A stretch of 64,000 nt of DNA from assembly GCA_009993955.1 (NCBI GenBank), contig JAACSL010000009.1:46369-110368 (forward strand), written 5' to 3'. Source of the DNA: Paraglaciecola sp. (GTDB lineage: Bacteria > Pseudomonadota > Gammaproteobacteria > Enterobacterales > Alteromonadaceae). Shown here piece after piece: positions 18,382 to 28,569 of this stretch; the first letter of the stretch is position 1, and each line of letters opens with the position of its first letter. A program made the translations under genes and the position numbers. The notes beneath the pieces are model-generated. The model ran no database searches, was not told where the DNA came from, and saw nothing but the letters and a program-made list of their open reading frames with translations.

Positions 18382-20676
18382 CTACTCTCCTTGGGGTAAA
18401 CGAGGCTGTTGCAAACTGATGATCAGCGATTTATACGCAGGAGTATTACTTTTTAAGGCCACGCTGCTGATGGGGATCAAATCGTTGGTCTCTGGGTAAT
18501 AGGCTGCCGCACAGCCGCGTGGTATGTCGTAGCTCACCAAGGTAAAACCACAGGCTCGGCGTTGGGTGATAGCCTCATGTGGCCAATGACTGACGATATC
18601 GATGGTATCACCAGCTTTAAAACCTAATCGTTGGATATCTTCGCCGTGTGTAAACAGTACTTTGCGACTACCGTGAATACCGCGATAGCGATCATTATCG
18701 CTGTAAATAGTGGTGTTAAACTGGTCATGGCTGCGAATGGTCATCATCACCAAACACCCTTCAGGGGCGTTTACCCCGCTTAGGTCATGCACAATAAAGT
18801 TGGCTTTGTGGTTGGGCGTAGCAAAATGCCGGGCATCGCGCACGGCATTAGGCAGAACAAACTCGCCCTCTTGGTCGATGCGCTGATTAAAATCACTAAA
18901 TCCCGGCACTACTTTGGCAATGCCATCACGGATCAAACGGTAATCATCGCGCATGGCTAACCAATCAATTTGACTGTGCCCTAAGGTCTGTTTAGCAAGG
19001 GCCGCCACAATCGCCACTTCACTGGTTAATGCACTACTCGCTGGCGGTATTTTGCCGTGGGAAGTTTGGATCACACCCATGGAGTTTTCTACCGTGACGG
19101 TTTGTATGCCGCTGGCTTGACGATCAATTTCAGTACGCCCCAAAGCAGGCAAAATCAGCGCGGTTTTACCGGTATATAAGTGAGATTGATTGAGTTTGGT
19201 CGATACCTGTACCGTCAACTCACATTGGGCCAAGGCCTGTGCCAAAATTTGCTGATCAGGCATCGCGCGATAAAAATTCCCCCCCATGGCAAAAAACACT
19301 TTTAATTTGCCCTCGGCCATAGCGTGCACCGTATCTACGGCGTCGTAACCGGCTTCACGGGGCGCTTTAAACCGATAACATTGCTCTAAGGCATTCAAAA
19401 AAGCGGCGCCGGGTTTTTCCCAGATGCCCATGGTACGATCGCCCTGCACGTTGCTATGCCCTCGCACCGGACACACCCCTGCGCCAGGTTTTCCTAGGTT
19501 ACCTTGTAACATCAGAAAATTGGTCATGAGCTGAATATTGGCCACAGCATTTTTATGTTGGGTCATGCCCATGGCCCAGCAGCAAATGGTTTTGCTTGAT
19601 GCACAAGCGATCTCTACTGCTTGTTCAATCTCATTTTGAGTTAAGCCACTGTATTGCTCAATGTCCGTCCAAGTTGTCGCCTGAATGTCAGCGCTAAACT
19701 CAGCAAAACCATGGCAGTACTGATTAATGAAGGCCATATCTAGCACTTGCCGACCTTGATTTTGCCGTTCAAGCAAACCTTTGCACAAGCCTTTTAACAA
19801 AGCGACATCGCCATTGATTTTAATGCCGAGATGCACATCACGCAGGGCAGTGCCCTGCCCCACAACGCCTTCTACTTCTTGCGGGTTTTTGAAGCGTTTC
19901 AGGCCCGTTTCATCTAAGGGGTTGATGGCGACAATCTTCGCCCCTTGACGTTTGGCCACCTGCAATGAGCTGAGCATACGCGGGTGATTTGACCCCGGAT
20001 TTTGGCCAAAGATAAAAATCGCTTCAGCCTGCTCTAAATCTTCCAGGCTAACCGTACCTTTGCCCACACCAATGGTTTCACTCAGCCCTACGCCACTGGA
20101 CTCATGGCACATGTTTGAGCAATCAGGCAAATTATTGGTGCCGTATTCGCGTACAAACAACTGGTATAAAAATGCCGCTTCGTTGCTGGTACGACCCGAA
20201 GTGTAAAACGCGGCTTGATTGGGTGATTCAAGCCTTTGTAAGTGCTCAGCAATCAGCGCGATGCCACCCTCAAAGGTGATCGCTTCGTAATGGCTAGCGC
20301 CGGGTCTTAAGATCATCGGCTCAGTTAAACGCCCTTGTTCATTGAGCCAACGGTCTGATTGCTGTTTTAATTCGGCAACACTGTACTTGGCAAAAAAAGC
20401 TGGGCTGAGGCGTTTTAAGGTGGCTTCATCGGCCACGGCTTTGGCACCATTTTCACAAAATTCAAAGGTTGAACGCTTGTTTAAAGGATCGGGCCAAGCA
20501 CAGCCAGGGCAATCGAAGCCCTGTAACTGATTGAGTTGAGCCAACAACTTACTACCTTTGATGGGACCGACTTTGATACTCACATTTTTATAGGCCGAGA
20601 CCACGGCCGGTAAACCCGCCGCCCATTCTTTAGGGTCAGTGACCACTAAACGTTGGACCAGGCTTTTGTCGCTCAT
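18382..20676 (-). CDS. FdhF/YdeP family molybdopterin oxidoreductase
   Basis: 764 aa. It has the N-terminal Cys cluster (FDCPGCAWPD...C) and MopB-type motifs. Its start overlaps the fdhD stop by 4 nt. Confidence 0.85.
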   Translation of the reverse strand: MSDKSLVQRLVVTDPKEWAAGLPAVVSAYKNVSIKVGPIKGSKLLAQLNQLQGFDCPGCAWPDPLNKRSTFEFCENGAKAVADEATLKRLSPAFFAKYSVAELKQQSDRWLNEQGRLTEPMILRPGASHYEAITFEGGIALIAEHLQRLESPNQAAFYTSGRTSNEAAFLYQLFVREYGTNNLPDCSNMCHESSGVGLSETIGVGKGTVSLEDLEQAEAIFIFGQNPGSNHPRMLSSLQVAKRQGAKIVAINPLDETGLKRFKNPQEVEGVVGQGTALRDVHLGIKINGDVALLKGLCKGLLERQNQGRQVLDMAFINQYCHGFAEFSADIQATTWTDIEQYSGLTQNEIEQAVEIACASSKTICCWAMGMTQHKNAVANIQLMTNFLMLQGNLGKPGAGVCPVRGHSNVQGDRTMGIWEKPGAAFLNALEQCYRFKAPREAGYDAVDTVHAMAEGKLKVFFAMGGNFYRAMPDQQILAQALAQCELTVQVSTKLNQSHLYTGKTALILPALGRTEIDRQASGIQTVTVENSMGVIQTSHGKIPPASSALTSEVAIVAALAKQTLGHSQIDWLAMRDDYRLIRDGIAKVVPGFSDFNQRIDQEGEFVLPNAVRDARHFATPNHKANFIVHDLSGVNAPEGCLVMMTIRSHDQFNTTIYSDNDRYRGIHGSRKVLFTHGEDIQRLGFKAGDTIDIVSHWPHEAITQRRACGFTLVSYDIPRGCAAAYYPETNDLIPISSVALKSNTPAYKSLIISLQQPRLPQGE

Positions 20677-21605
20677 CTTGTTTTCTCCTCACCGTTGTGT
20701 GTGAGATTATGGGCTGCTGAATAGACATTGAAGCGCTGTGACTTGATAAAGCCAATTAAACACAGACCGGCTTCTTGTGCCAAGTCAATGGCTAAACTAG
20801 ACGGCGCACCAAGGGCGACCACATAACTTAACTTAGCCATTAGCGCTTTTTGCACCAATTCAAAGCCGACTCGACCACTGAGCACGACTCCCATAGGCAT
20901 GCTGGAAGCGTCCACTGTAGGCAAGCTTTGTGCAAATAAACTATCAGCATTGGCACCAATTAATTTATCCAAAGCATTATGCCGCCCCACGTCTTCACGC
21001 ACATCCATGATACGCAGTGTGCGGTCAAATAGCGCACAGGCATGATTGCCACCCGTTTGGTGAAACATAGTTTGCCCGGCCAACAATTGTTCCATGAGCA
21101 CAGGCAATTCGGCTAAGGCTAAACTGGGGACGAATGGCAGGTTTTGCCCAGAAGCCTGTTGATGGAGTCTGTCTAACAGTGAATCAATGGAATGCTGCCC
21201 GCAAATACCGCAGGCCGAATTGACATCCTCTAAGCGTTGAAATTGCTCCACTTCAAAAGGGATATTGGCCTTTAAGGTGATCAGCAGTTGATTACTTTGC
21301 TGGGCTCGTAGACGTGCTTTACCCGTATAGGTAATGCTGTGAATCGCACCGAGGTCAGACAAAGCTCCACTGGTTAATAGCCAACCCTTAATTAAGTTGA
21401 TGTCGTCACCGGGGGTGCGCATGGTGGTGAACAGGCGCTTTGTGGTGCTGCTTGTTTGTTGATCAAGAATACGTGTTTGTTTAAGCCAAATGTCTAAAGG
21501 CTCTTCAACAATCACTGCATCATCGATATGTTCTGCTAGCCAGCTTGAATAGCCACCAACATTTTTTACATAGCGAGTAATAGAATAGCTGTGAATGGGC
21601 TTCAA
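20673..21605 (-). CDS. fdhD: Formate dehydrogenase accessory sulfurtransferase FdhD
   Basis: 310 aa. It has the SACGICG catalytic Cys motif and EDVGRHNALDKLIG. Confidence 0.85.
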   Translation of the reverse strand: MKPIHSYSITRYVKNVGGYSSWLAEHIDDAVIVEEPLDIWLKQTRILDQQTSSTTKRLFTTMRTPGDDINLIKGWLLTSGALSDLGAIHSITYTGKARLRAQQSNQLLITLKANIPFEVEQFQRLEDVNSACGICGQHSIDSLLDRLHQQASGQNLPFVPSLALAELPVLMEQLLAGQTMFHQTGGNHACALFDRTLRIMDVREDVGRHNALDKLIGANADSLFAQSLPTVDASSMPMGVVLSGRVGFELVQKALMAKLSYVVALGAPSSLAIDLAQEAGLCLIGFIKSQRFNVYSAAHNLTHNGEEKTR

Positions 21606-21654
21606 GAGGTCTCTGCTACATCAATCAACAATGTGATTACCCTAGCGCAGGCAA

Positions 21655-22554
21655 TCAATAGGGTAAAGTCCCTAACCCCAAGATTAGGATCCAGGCGGCA
21701 AAAAACAGTTTTAAGTTACGTGGTGAAAAATGTAAGACCAAGCGTTTTGCCAAAATACCGCCGACAATCGCCCCCGCCCCGGCAAATAATACCACCGGCC
21801 ATTGCACAGCTTGACTGATCAGTACATGATAAATCACCGCGCCCCACACACTAAAAGCGCTGAGGATCACAGCACAAGCGATGGCGAAGGTGATATTAAA
21901 CCGCCGAAAAATCAAATACACCGCCACCAGTTCACCTACCCCTACCGATAACCAAGCCGTGATGGCTCCGCCCACCAAGGCGATGGCCATCAGGGCCAGA
22001 CGATCGAAGCCTTGCAAAATAGTACGTGGATTTACCATACTGCTCAGGGGTAGTGTGGCAAATATCGCAACCGCTAAGGCAATAGAAAACAAACCAAAGC
22101 TCATATGCAGTTGTTCTGGTTCAGATATTAAATTAAAAATAGGGGCATTGTACTGCACCAAAGCAATACCCAAAATGGACCAAGGCACCGTCAATAACAA
22201 GACTTGAGCCAATGGTTGCCACTGCTCGGCAATATGCCCAACTTGCTGTGTTAATTTACGATAAAAAGCCCACCACGTAATCGCGCCTGCGGTCATACCA
22301 CAACATTGAATGGCAAAACTGGTGGCCACCGCCATCATGGGAGTAAAACCCAGTTGTTTAAAAAATGGCATAAATACCACACCACCGCCGGCACCAGTAG
22401 AATTGGCAAATAGGGCGCCTGTCACACCCAAAAAGCTAAAACCTGCGTACTCACTAAATAAGGCTAAGGGTTGGCTTTGGGATAAAAAAATAATGCACCA
22501 AATAATCACTAAAAGCAGTCTAAGCTTTACAGCGGAAATATTGACAAGGGTCAA
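21655..22554 (-). CDS. TauE/SafE family sulfite-exporter-like membrane protein
   Basis: 299 aa polytopic protein. It has duplicated G-rich TM motifs (GAGGGVVFMPF, VGGILAKRL) typical of TauE/SafE (DUF81). Confidence 0.75.
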   Translation of the reverse strand: MTLVNISAVKLRLLLVIIWCIIFLSQSQPLALFSEYAGFSFLGVTGALFANSTGAGGGVVFMPFFKQLGFTPMMAVATSFAIQCCGMTAGAITWWAFYRKLTQQVGHIAEQWQPLAQVLLLTVPWSILGIALVQYNAPIFNLISEPEQLHMSFGLFSIALAVAIFATLPLSSMVNPRTILQGFDRLALMAIALVGGAITAWLSVGVGELVAVYLIFRRFNITFAIACAVILSAFSVWGAVIYHVLISQAVQWPVVLFAGAGAIVGGILAKRLVLHFSPRNLKLFFAAWILILGLGTLPY

Positions 22555-22669
22555 GGTAAGGGTACCTGTAGGCTAAGCGAATAAAAAGAGCGCCGACTTT
22601 GCCAGAAATCCTCGTAGCTGGCAAAGCAATTAGACTACGAGCAGGCTATTCAGGAGCTGGGTAATAATA

Positions 22670-23170
22670 ATGGTACAACTACGTCATCATCAGCAAAACC
22701 GGATCATCACCTTGATGCCTAACCGTTCAGCAAACTGGTCACAAACAAAGAAACTCATGGCTGTTATGGCGTTTTTTGTTCTGGTCATTGCGCTAGCATG
22801 GATGTTTGTGGGTGTATGGATGTTCTTGCCTTTTGCGGGTCTTGAGGTGGGTTTGTTGGCGTTTTTAATGTATCGCGTCTCCTATTCAACTTACCAAAAA
22901 CAAATCATTACCTTGCAAGGGGATCGTCTCATGTTTCAAGCAGGTGTGTATTACCCAGTTCGTGCCTGTGAGTTTAATAGGCACGATCTCGCTGTGCATA
23001 CCATAGAGCCTAAGTTACCCCTCGACCAGACGCAGCTATTTTTGCAGGATGCACGCCAGCGCATAGAAATAGCGCAGTTTCTCAATCAGGACGATCGCAA
23101 AGTACTGCTTGAGCATTTAAGAGCTGAAGGTATACATGTGCAGCGCGACTTGTGGTGGCGACAAGGCTAA
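22670..23170 (+). CDS. DUF2244-like integral membrane protein
   Basis: Two N-terminal TM helices with PFAGLEVGLLAFLMYRVSY, then a soluble tail, as in DUF2244. Confidence 0.55.
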   Translation: MVQLRHHQQNRIITLMPNRSANWSQTKKLMAVMAFFVLVIALAWMFVGVWMFLPFAGLEVGLLAFLMYRVSYSTYQKQIITLQGDRLMFQAGVYYPVRACEFNRHDLAVHTIEPKLPLDQTQLFLQDARQRIEIAQFLNQDDRKVLLEHLRAEGIHVQRDLWWRQG

Positions 23171-23182
23171 GTCATTCTGAAC

Positions 23183-23593
23183 TTAGGCTGATTTTTGGTA
23201 GATCCCTTCTTTATCTGCTGCGGCAATCACCAACAAACACAACAATAAACATACGCTGTATTCGCTGCCACCGGTGCCATGCTCGCCAACAAACCAACCA
23301 AAACGCCAGTGGATCAAAGCGATGCCCCCGACAACGATGGCCATAAAACTGATGACAACTGGGCGTGTATAACGCCCAACCATCAAAGCAATGCCACCAA
23401 CAATCTCCAGCAAGGTAATCAGCCACACCACAATAACAGGGGCGGGAAAACCGAGATTCCCCATGAATTCTGCAAACTGAGGGATGGTATCGTTAACAAT
23501 ACGCACCACGGCATGAGCCAGAAAAAATACAGCTGTCATCAGTCTTAAGATAACTAAGCTAGTTTTAAGTGAAATGCAGGGGAAAGTTGGCAT
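23183..23593 (-). CDS. DoxX family membrane protein
   Basis: 136 aa, 4 TM, with LRLMTAVFFLAHA and LLEIVGGIALMVG motifs. Confidence 0.75.
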   Translation of the reverse strand: MPTFPCISLKTSLVILRLMTAVFFLAHAVVRIVNDTIPQFAEFMGNLGFPAPVIVVWLITLLEIVGGIALMVGRYTRPVVISFMAIVVGGIALIHWRFGWFVGEHGTGGSEYSVCLLLCLLVIAAADKEGIYQKSA

Positions 23594-23624
23594 CGTTACA
23601 CGGCCTTAGGTTTTTAGTTGTTGT

Positions 23625-23963
23625 TTAGCACTTACCGGCGGCTTTTAACAGGTCGTTGCACATTGGTGCGCTGTTTTTTCCCATTTCACTACAAACAGCA
23701 TCAGAGACCACACGACCAGTAATGGTTACGGTGCCCTCAACATAACACATGTACACCTTGCCATTTTTGGTAGTCGCCGTGTAACGCGATTGCAAACCGT
23801 CATCCACACGATCAGAAATAGTGAATTGATCAGCTGTCATGCCTAGGGCAAAGGATGTTTTCTGTTGAATCGCATCATTGGTAACGGCCATCGATGCACA
23901 CCCTGCCATCACTGCTGCCAATGCTAACGCACTTAATACTTTGACATTTTTAAAACTTCTCAT
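23625..23963 (-). CDS. Hypothetical lipoprotein
   Basis: Signal peptide plus lipobox (LAAVMAGCAS). The mature part has 4 further Cys. Confidence 0.6.
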   Translation of the reverse strand: MRSFKNVKVLSALALAAVMAGCASMAVTNDAIQQKTSFALGMTADQFTISDRVDDGLQSRYTATTKNGKVYMCYVEGTVTITGRVVSDAVCSEMGKNSAPMCNDLLKAAGKC

Positions 23964-24058
23964 GGTAAACCTCAGTTAGTGTTGAAAAAAATTTTTTGCA
24001 TAGTAGCTATTGTCAGCTATTGGCCTCTACTGTCTGATCAGACAGGTATACTCGCGAG

Positions 24059-24793
24059 TTAAAAGGGGCTAGGACGGATCATCCCGGTTAACGTAGCTTT
24101 GGCCACGGCATGTTGACGGTTATAAACCTGCAACTTAGCCATAGAATTGTTGATGTGGAAATTAACCGTACGCTCTGACAAACCCAATAAAGCGCCAATT
24201 TCCCACGAACTTTTGCCATCTGCGACACGACACAAACATTCCACTTCGCGACTGGTTAAGGTTTGACTCTGTTTAACAACGGGCAGGCAAACACGCCGTA
24301 CCGCTTCGTGCAGATAACCCGCCAATAATTGCACATAGGGCAACGCTTGCTGAGTCAAGGCCTTAGCTGCATCGTTGGTCTGACCTATGGCAAAACTTAA
24401 AATACCCAACTCACCATGCGGGCTATGCACTGGCATACTGATGCCTGCTGCTAAACCAAAATCAGCGGCTTCTTGCATGACCTGTCGACTCTGTGAATTA
24501 ACAAACAAACTTGGATCGTCCCAACACACAGGCACGGTATGCTCGCTGCAATGTTTAACGATGGGGTCATGTTTGTAATGTTCTTTGGAAAAGTAGTGCG
24601 CCAACCATGCGTCTGGATAACCATTAACCGTGGTTAACTGGGCTTCGGAAAAACCACTTGGTGTGCGCAGGGCATAAATGAATGCATCAAAACCCATCGA
24701 GTTGCTCAGATGTCTGCACAATGCGGTGATCTCAGCCAAACTCTTGGTATCAGCAAAACCCAACAGGCTGTTGTGGAAATGATGAATATGCAT
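24059..24793 (-). CDS. LuxR family transcriptional regulator with N-terminal autoinducer-binding domain (LuxR solo)
   Basis: The W-x3-Y-x8-DP-x13-W pattern sits in GYPDAWLAHYFSKEHYKHDPIVKHCSEHTVPVCW. The C-terminal HTH is LTSREVECLCRVADGKSSWEIGALLGLSERTVNFHINN. Confidence 0.85.
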   Translation of the reverse strand: MHIHHFHNSLLGFADTKSLAEITALCRHLSNSMGFDAFIYALRTPSGFSEAQLTTVNGYPDAWLAHYFSKEHYKHDPIVKHCSEHTVPVCWDDPSLFVNSQSRQVMQEAADFGLAAGISMPVHSPHGELGILSFAIGQTNDAAKALTQQALPYVQLLAGYLHEAVRRVCLPVVKQSQTLTSREVECLCRVADGKSSWEIGALLGLSERTVNFHINNSMAKLQVYNRQHAVAKATLTGMIRPSPF

Positions 24794-25141
24794 CACCGCT
24801 ACCTTGCCAACGCTGCATATTGACTTGAACTAATCACCACGGGTAACACAATTTGCTCCCTAACAGGTAGAGAACGTTGCAAACCGGTATTCAGCAGGAT
24901 GTTTGTATCTTTAATCACCATGGTGCTGGGCTAATAATGACTAAAAGTCACCAGCATAGTGGTGGTATACAACAGTGCGAGCAGTAGCAACACAAATTTG
25001 TGTTTTAACTTCATAGAGAAAGTGAGAGTCGGTCAAAAGATGACCGTAGCATTCACTGTTGGCTAGTAAACGAGCAATAGCCAAATGTCACGAATTTACT
25101 ACAATTTGTAATGCTGACATTTGGCTAAAAGTTTATTAAAT

Positions 25142-26257
25142 TCAGAATTTTAGCGTATTTATTTGGGCGATATTGAGTTCGCCGGCTAGGGCTGTTTTGT
25201 ACATGGCTTCGATAGCATCTGCCCCAGTGTAACTTGCCTCGGAAATATGCTGTTCTATCAACTGATTAAAGCCCTGCCAAGCCTTGGCATAGCGCAGGGC
25301 AAAGCCTTCTTGCCCCCATTCTGCGCTACGTTTTTTAACCTGACTTGGCGCAAAGAAAAACTCACTGTGTAATTGCCCCTCAGGTTTGTCATGTTGTGCA
25401 TCAACATCCGTTGAACCAATTAATAACAGTTTTGCCTGCAAACTTTGTTGCAAATGCAGCAGCAATGTTTTGTTGCCAGAGAAGTCTAGTACCCAAGTTC
25501 CGCTGTTGGCTGATAACTGTGTGGTATCAGGATAGGCTAATACCTCATCATAACAGCCTAGCTGTTTGGTAAACGCCACATTACTGGGCGAAGTTAAACC
25601 GACAACTTGATAGTCTAAACCTCGCTCAGCGCGATGTTTCATTAATAAGTGGGCTGCGCCGTAGGCCGTTTTACTGGATGCGCTGGTAAGCACAATTTGG
25701 CCAAGCGATGTACCTTGTGCGCCCATCTGTTGCAAAGTTTCTCCCACGTAGTCATCGAGCACAAACGAGGTTAAAAACAGTGGACGAAAATTAAGTTGCC
25801 ACGCCTCTTTGTCTGCGCGGTAACCGGGATCGACAGCCGTTCTTTGATAGTAATCATATACCGGCGAAATACTCTTGCGTTTTGCATGTATATCGTAAAA
25901 ACCATGGCTGGTGTTTTTGCCCGCCTGCATGACTAAATGGGAGGCCATGGGCAAATAACCAAATACCCTTTCTCCCACTTTCACCTCAGCATGCTTAGAT
26001 GCAACAACCGTAGCAAAACCCCACACTGGCACAATATCCCAGCCTTCGGCGGCGGGGAAAAAGCCCCAATACGCCATTTTCTCACCAAATAGGGCGTAGG
26101 TGATGTTGTTGGCTGACAAACCAAATGAATCTACCTGCAACAACACTTCATCTGTCTGTAATTGTTTGGCATCAAAAGCAATGGCCAAGGTTTTGGTTTG
26201 GGCAAGATTGTGTCGATTGACCCAAATTTCAGTGATCTGATTTGGCAATTTTTCCAT
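25142..26257 (-). CDS. DUF2855 family protein
   Basis: 371 aa. The N-terminus (VNRHNLAQTK...DEVLLQVDSFGLSANNITYALFGEKMAYWGFFPA) recalls DUF2855, from memory. Confidence 0.6.
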   Translation of the reverse strand: MEKLPNQITEIWVNRHNLAQTKTLAIAFDAKQLQTDEVLLQVDSFGLSANNITYALFGEKMAYWGFFPAAEGWDIVPVWGFATVVASKHAEVKVGERVFGYLPMASHLVMQAGKNTSHGFYDIHAKRKSISPVYDYYQRTAVDPGYRADKEAWQLNFRPLFLTSFVLDDYVGETLQQMGAQGTSLGQIVLTSASSKTAYGAAHLLMKHRAERGLDYQVVGLTSPSNVAFTKQLGCYDEVLAYPDTTQLSANSGTWVLDFSGNKTLLLHLQQSLQAKLLLIGSTDVDAQHDKPEGQLHSEFFFAPSQVKKRSAEWGQEGFALRYAKAWQGFNQLIEQHISEASYTGADAIEAMYKTALAGELNIAQINTLKF

Positions 26258-26359
26258 TATTTGTATAGCTCCTCTTTGTGTATTGCTGTCGATATTAGGT
26301 GTTATTCGGCCTTTATGACATAATCTTTATGAATGACAAAAAATAAGCAGGTCTGATTT

Positions 26360-27583
26360 ATGCCACAGTTTGATTTAGTAATTTTTGGTGCAAGCAGTTT
26401 TGTGGGGCAAATTCTCTGTCGCCACCTGCAACACTTGCAAGAAGAGCAAGGGCTGGTTTTTTCTTGGGCCATTGCCGGACGTTCTGCGGCTAAATTAAGT
26501 GCACTTAAAGCTGAACTTGGCTTGCAAGAGCTCGAGGTCATCGTGGCAAACGCAGACGATGAAATGCAATTACAAGCCATGTGTCAACGCAGCAAGGTGG
26601 TAGTATCAACCGTCGGGCCCTACGCTTTATTCGGCGAGTTATTAGTAAAAACTTGCGTAAGCCAAGGCACAGACTATTGCGATTTAACCGGTGAAGTGCA
26701 GTGGATCGCCAAGATGTTGGCGCGTTATGAGCACGTGGCGAAAATCACTGGGGCGCGCATCGTCAACTGTTGCGGCTTTGACTCGGTACCTTCTGATCTC
26801 GGTGTGTATTTTTTGCAACAACACGCCAAACAGCAACAGGGGGAATATTGTCCTTCCGTGAAAATGCGGGTGCAAACCATGCGTGGTGAGGCCTCTGGCG
26901 GCACCGTGGCTAGCATGACCAATATCTTTAAAGAGGTGGCCTTTGACCGCCAGTTACGCCGCACCCTTGCTGATCCCTATGCCATTTGCCCAGCGGAATT
27001 TCAGTCGCGGATTAGCCAAAAAACCATGAACCTACCCCAGTATGATGACGATTTTTCTTCTTGGGTGGCACCCTTTGTGATGGCCGTGATCAATACCCGT
27101 ATCGTGTTGAGAAGTAATGCCTTATTGGCTGAACCTTACAGCCAAGAATTTAGCTATAACGAAGCCATGTTGACCGGCCAAGGTGTCATTGGCAGCACGC
27201 TTGCCATGGGCATTGGGGCAGGTTTAGGCGGGTTTGCTATGGCCGCCGTAATTCCCCCTACTCGTTGGTTAATGACACGTACTTTTTTACCTAAACCAGG
27301 AGAAGGCCCCAGTGAGCAGGCCCAACGCGAAGGCAGCTACGACTTACGCTTTTTAGGCATTAGCCCATCAGGTCAACACATCAAAGCGCGCGTGACAGGG
27401 GATCAGGATCCAGGCTACGGTTCAACCGCTAAAATTCTGGCGCAAGCGGCATTATGTCTCTGCCAAGACATAAATAAAGAGACAAAAGGCGGTGGATTCT
27501 GGACGCCAGCAGCCATCTTTGGTGAGACTCTCATTCAGCGACTCGAACAGCATGCTGGATTGCGCTTTGAGCTAATTCCTTAG
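26360..27583 (+). CDS. Saccharopine dehydrogenase-like NAD(P)-binding protein (trans-acting enoyl reductase-like)
   Basis: FDLVIFGASSFVGQIL Rossmann motif, and TVGPYALFGE. Confidence 0.8.
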   Translation: MPQFDLVIFGASSFVGQILCRHLQHLQEEQGLVFSWAIAGRSAAKLSALKAELGLQELEVIVANADDEMQLQAMCQRSKVVVSTVGPYALFGELLVKTCVSQGTDYCDLTGEVQWIAKMLARYEHVAKITGARIVNCCGFDSVPSDLGVYFLQQHAKQQQGEYCPSVKMRVQTMRGEASGGTVASMTNIFKEVAFDRQLRRTLADPYAICPAEFQSRISQKTMNLPQYDDDFSSWVAPFVMAVINTRIVLRSNALLAEPYSQEFSYNEAMLTGQGVIGSTLAMGIGAGLGGFAMAAVIPPTRWLMTRTFLPKPGEGPSEQAQREGSYDLRFLGISPSGQHIKARVTGDQDPGYGSTAKILAQAALCLCQDINKETKGGGFWTPAAIFGETLIQRLEQHAGLRFELIP

Positions 27584-28554
27584 TGGGTATCTGGTCCATG
27601 TCTTTTTCTGCATTATTGAGGTGGATGAGCTTTTGGTTATGGCAGGGTTTTGTTGGTTTGCCAGCCTATGCTGCAGCCTCATGTGTAGAGCAGAATGTCA
27701 GCGTGCAAGTGTTGGGCTCTGGCGGGCCAGAGTTAGATGATGGTCGTGCATCGACTAGCTACCTTATTTGGCACAATAATCGAGCACGGGTGTTGGTTGA
27801 TGCTGGGCCAGGCAGCAGCGTCAACTTTGGTCGGTCGACTGCACAGTTTACTGATCTTGATGTGATCTTGCTCAGCCACTTACATGCGGATCACAGCAGT
27901 GATTTACCTGCTTACATCAAGGGAGCTTACTTCAGCAATCGCCAGCGAATATTGCCTATCTATGGACCAGACAAAAATACCTTAATGCCGTCTACAACGG
28001 AGTTTGTTGAACGTTTATTTGGTGCCAAGGGCGTATACCCGTATTTATCTGACAACTTGCCTGTACCTGGGGATGTACCTAACAATACCGAAAAGTTCAC
28101 CTTACACGCCCATGATATTCCGCTTACCCACGATAACGTTGTGCGACACAGGTTGTCACCCAATCTTTCGGTGAGTGCAATGGCGGTTCACCACGGCCCG
28201 GTTGCTGCATTGGCTTGGCGAGTCAACCTTGCTGGCTGCCTCATCAGTTTTTCAGGAGACATGAGCAACCAATGGCACAAACTGGCTATGTTTGCTAAAG
28301 AGTCGGATCTTCTGGTGATGCACAACGCAGTACCAGAACAGACAAATGCCATTGCACGTAATCTGCACATGCCGCCTTCTGAAATTGGCAACATTGCTCA
28401 GCAAGCAAAAGTGAAACAGCTATTACTGAGCCATTTTATGAACCGAACCAATAACGTACAGTCACAGACCGTGGCAATAATTCAACAACATTATGCCGGT
28501 AAGGTCAGTTTGGCAGACGATTTAATGCATTATAAGCTTGGTGCTTTCCCCTAA
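27583..28554 (+). CDS. MBL-fold metallo-hydrolase, secreted
   Basis: Signal-like N-terminus, then LLSHLHADHSSDL. The GTG at 27583 overlaps the upstream stop; an alternative ATG lies at 27598. Confidence 0.8.
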   Translation: MGIWSMSFSALLRWMSFWLWQGFVGLPAYAAASCVEQNVSVQVLGSGGPELDDGRASTSYLIWHNNRARVLVDAGPGSSVNFGRSTAQFTDLDVILLSHLHADHSSDLPAYIKGAYFSNRQRILPIYGPDKNTLMPSTTEFVERLFGAKGVYPYLSDNLPVPGDVPNNTEKFTLHAHDIPLTHDNVVRHRLSPNLSVSAMAVHHGPVAALAWRVNLAGCLISFSGDMSNQWHKLAMFAKESDLLVMHNAVPEQTNAIARNLHMPPSEIGNIAQQAKVKQLLLSHFMNRTNNVQSQTVAIIQQHYAGKVSLADDLMHYKLGAFP

Positions 28555-28569
28555 CCCATAAGGCCTGTT

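Noticed and set aside
24931-25014. A 27-aa hydrophobic mini-ORF (MKLKHKFVLLLLALLYTTTMLVTFSHY) on the minus strand, between the DUF2855 gene and the luxR gene.
   Set aside because: There is no Shine-Dalgarno sequence upstream and it is too short to evaluate without conservation data.
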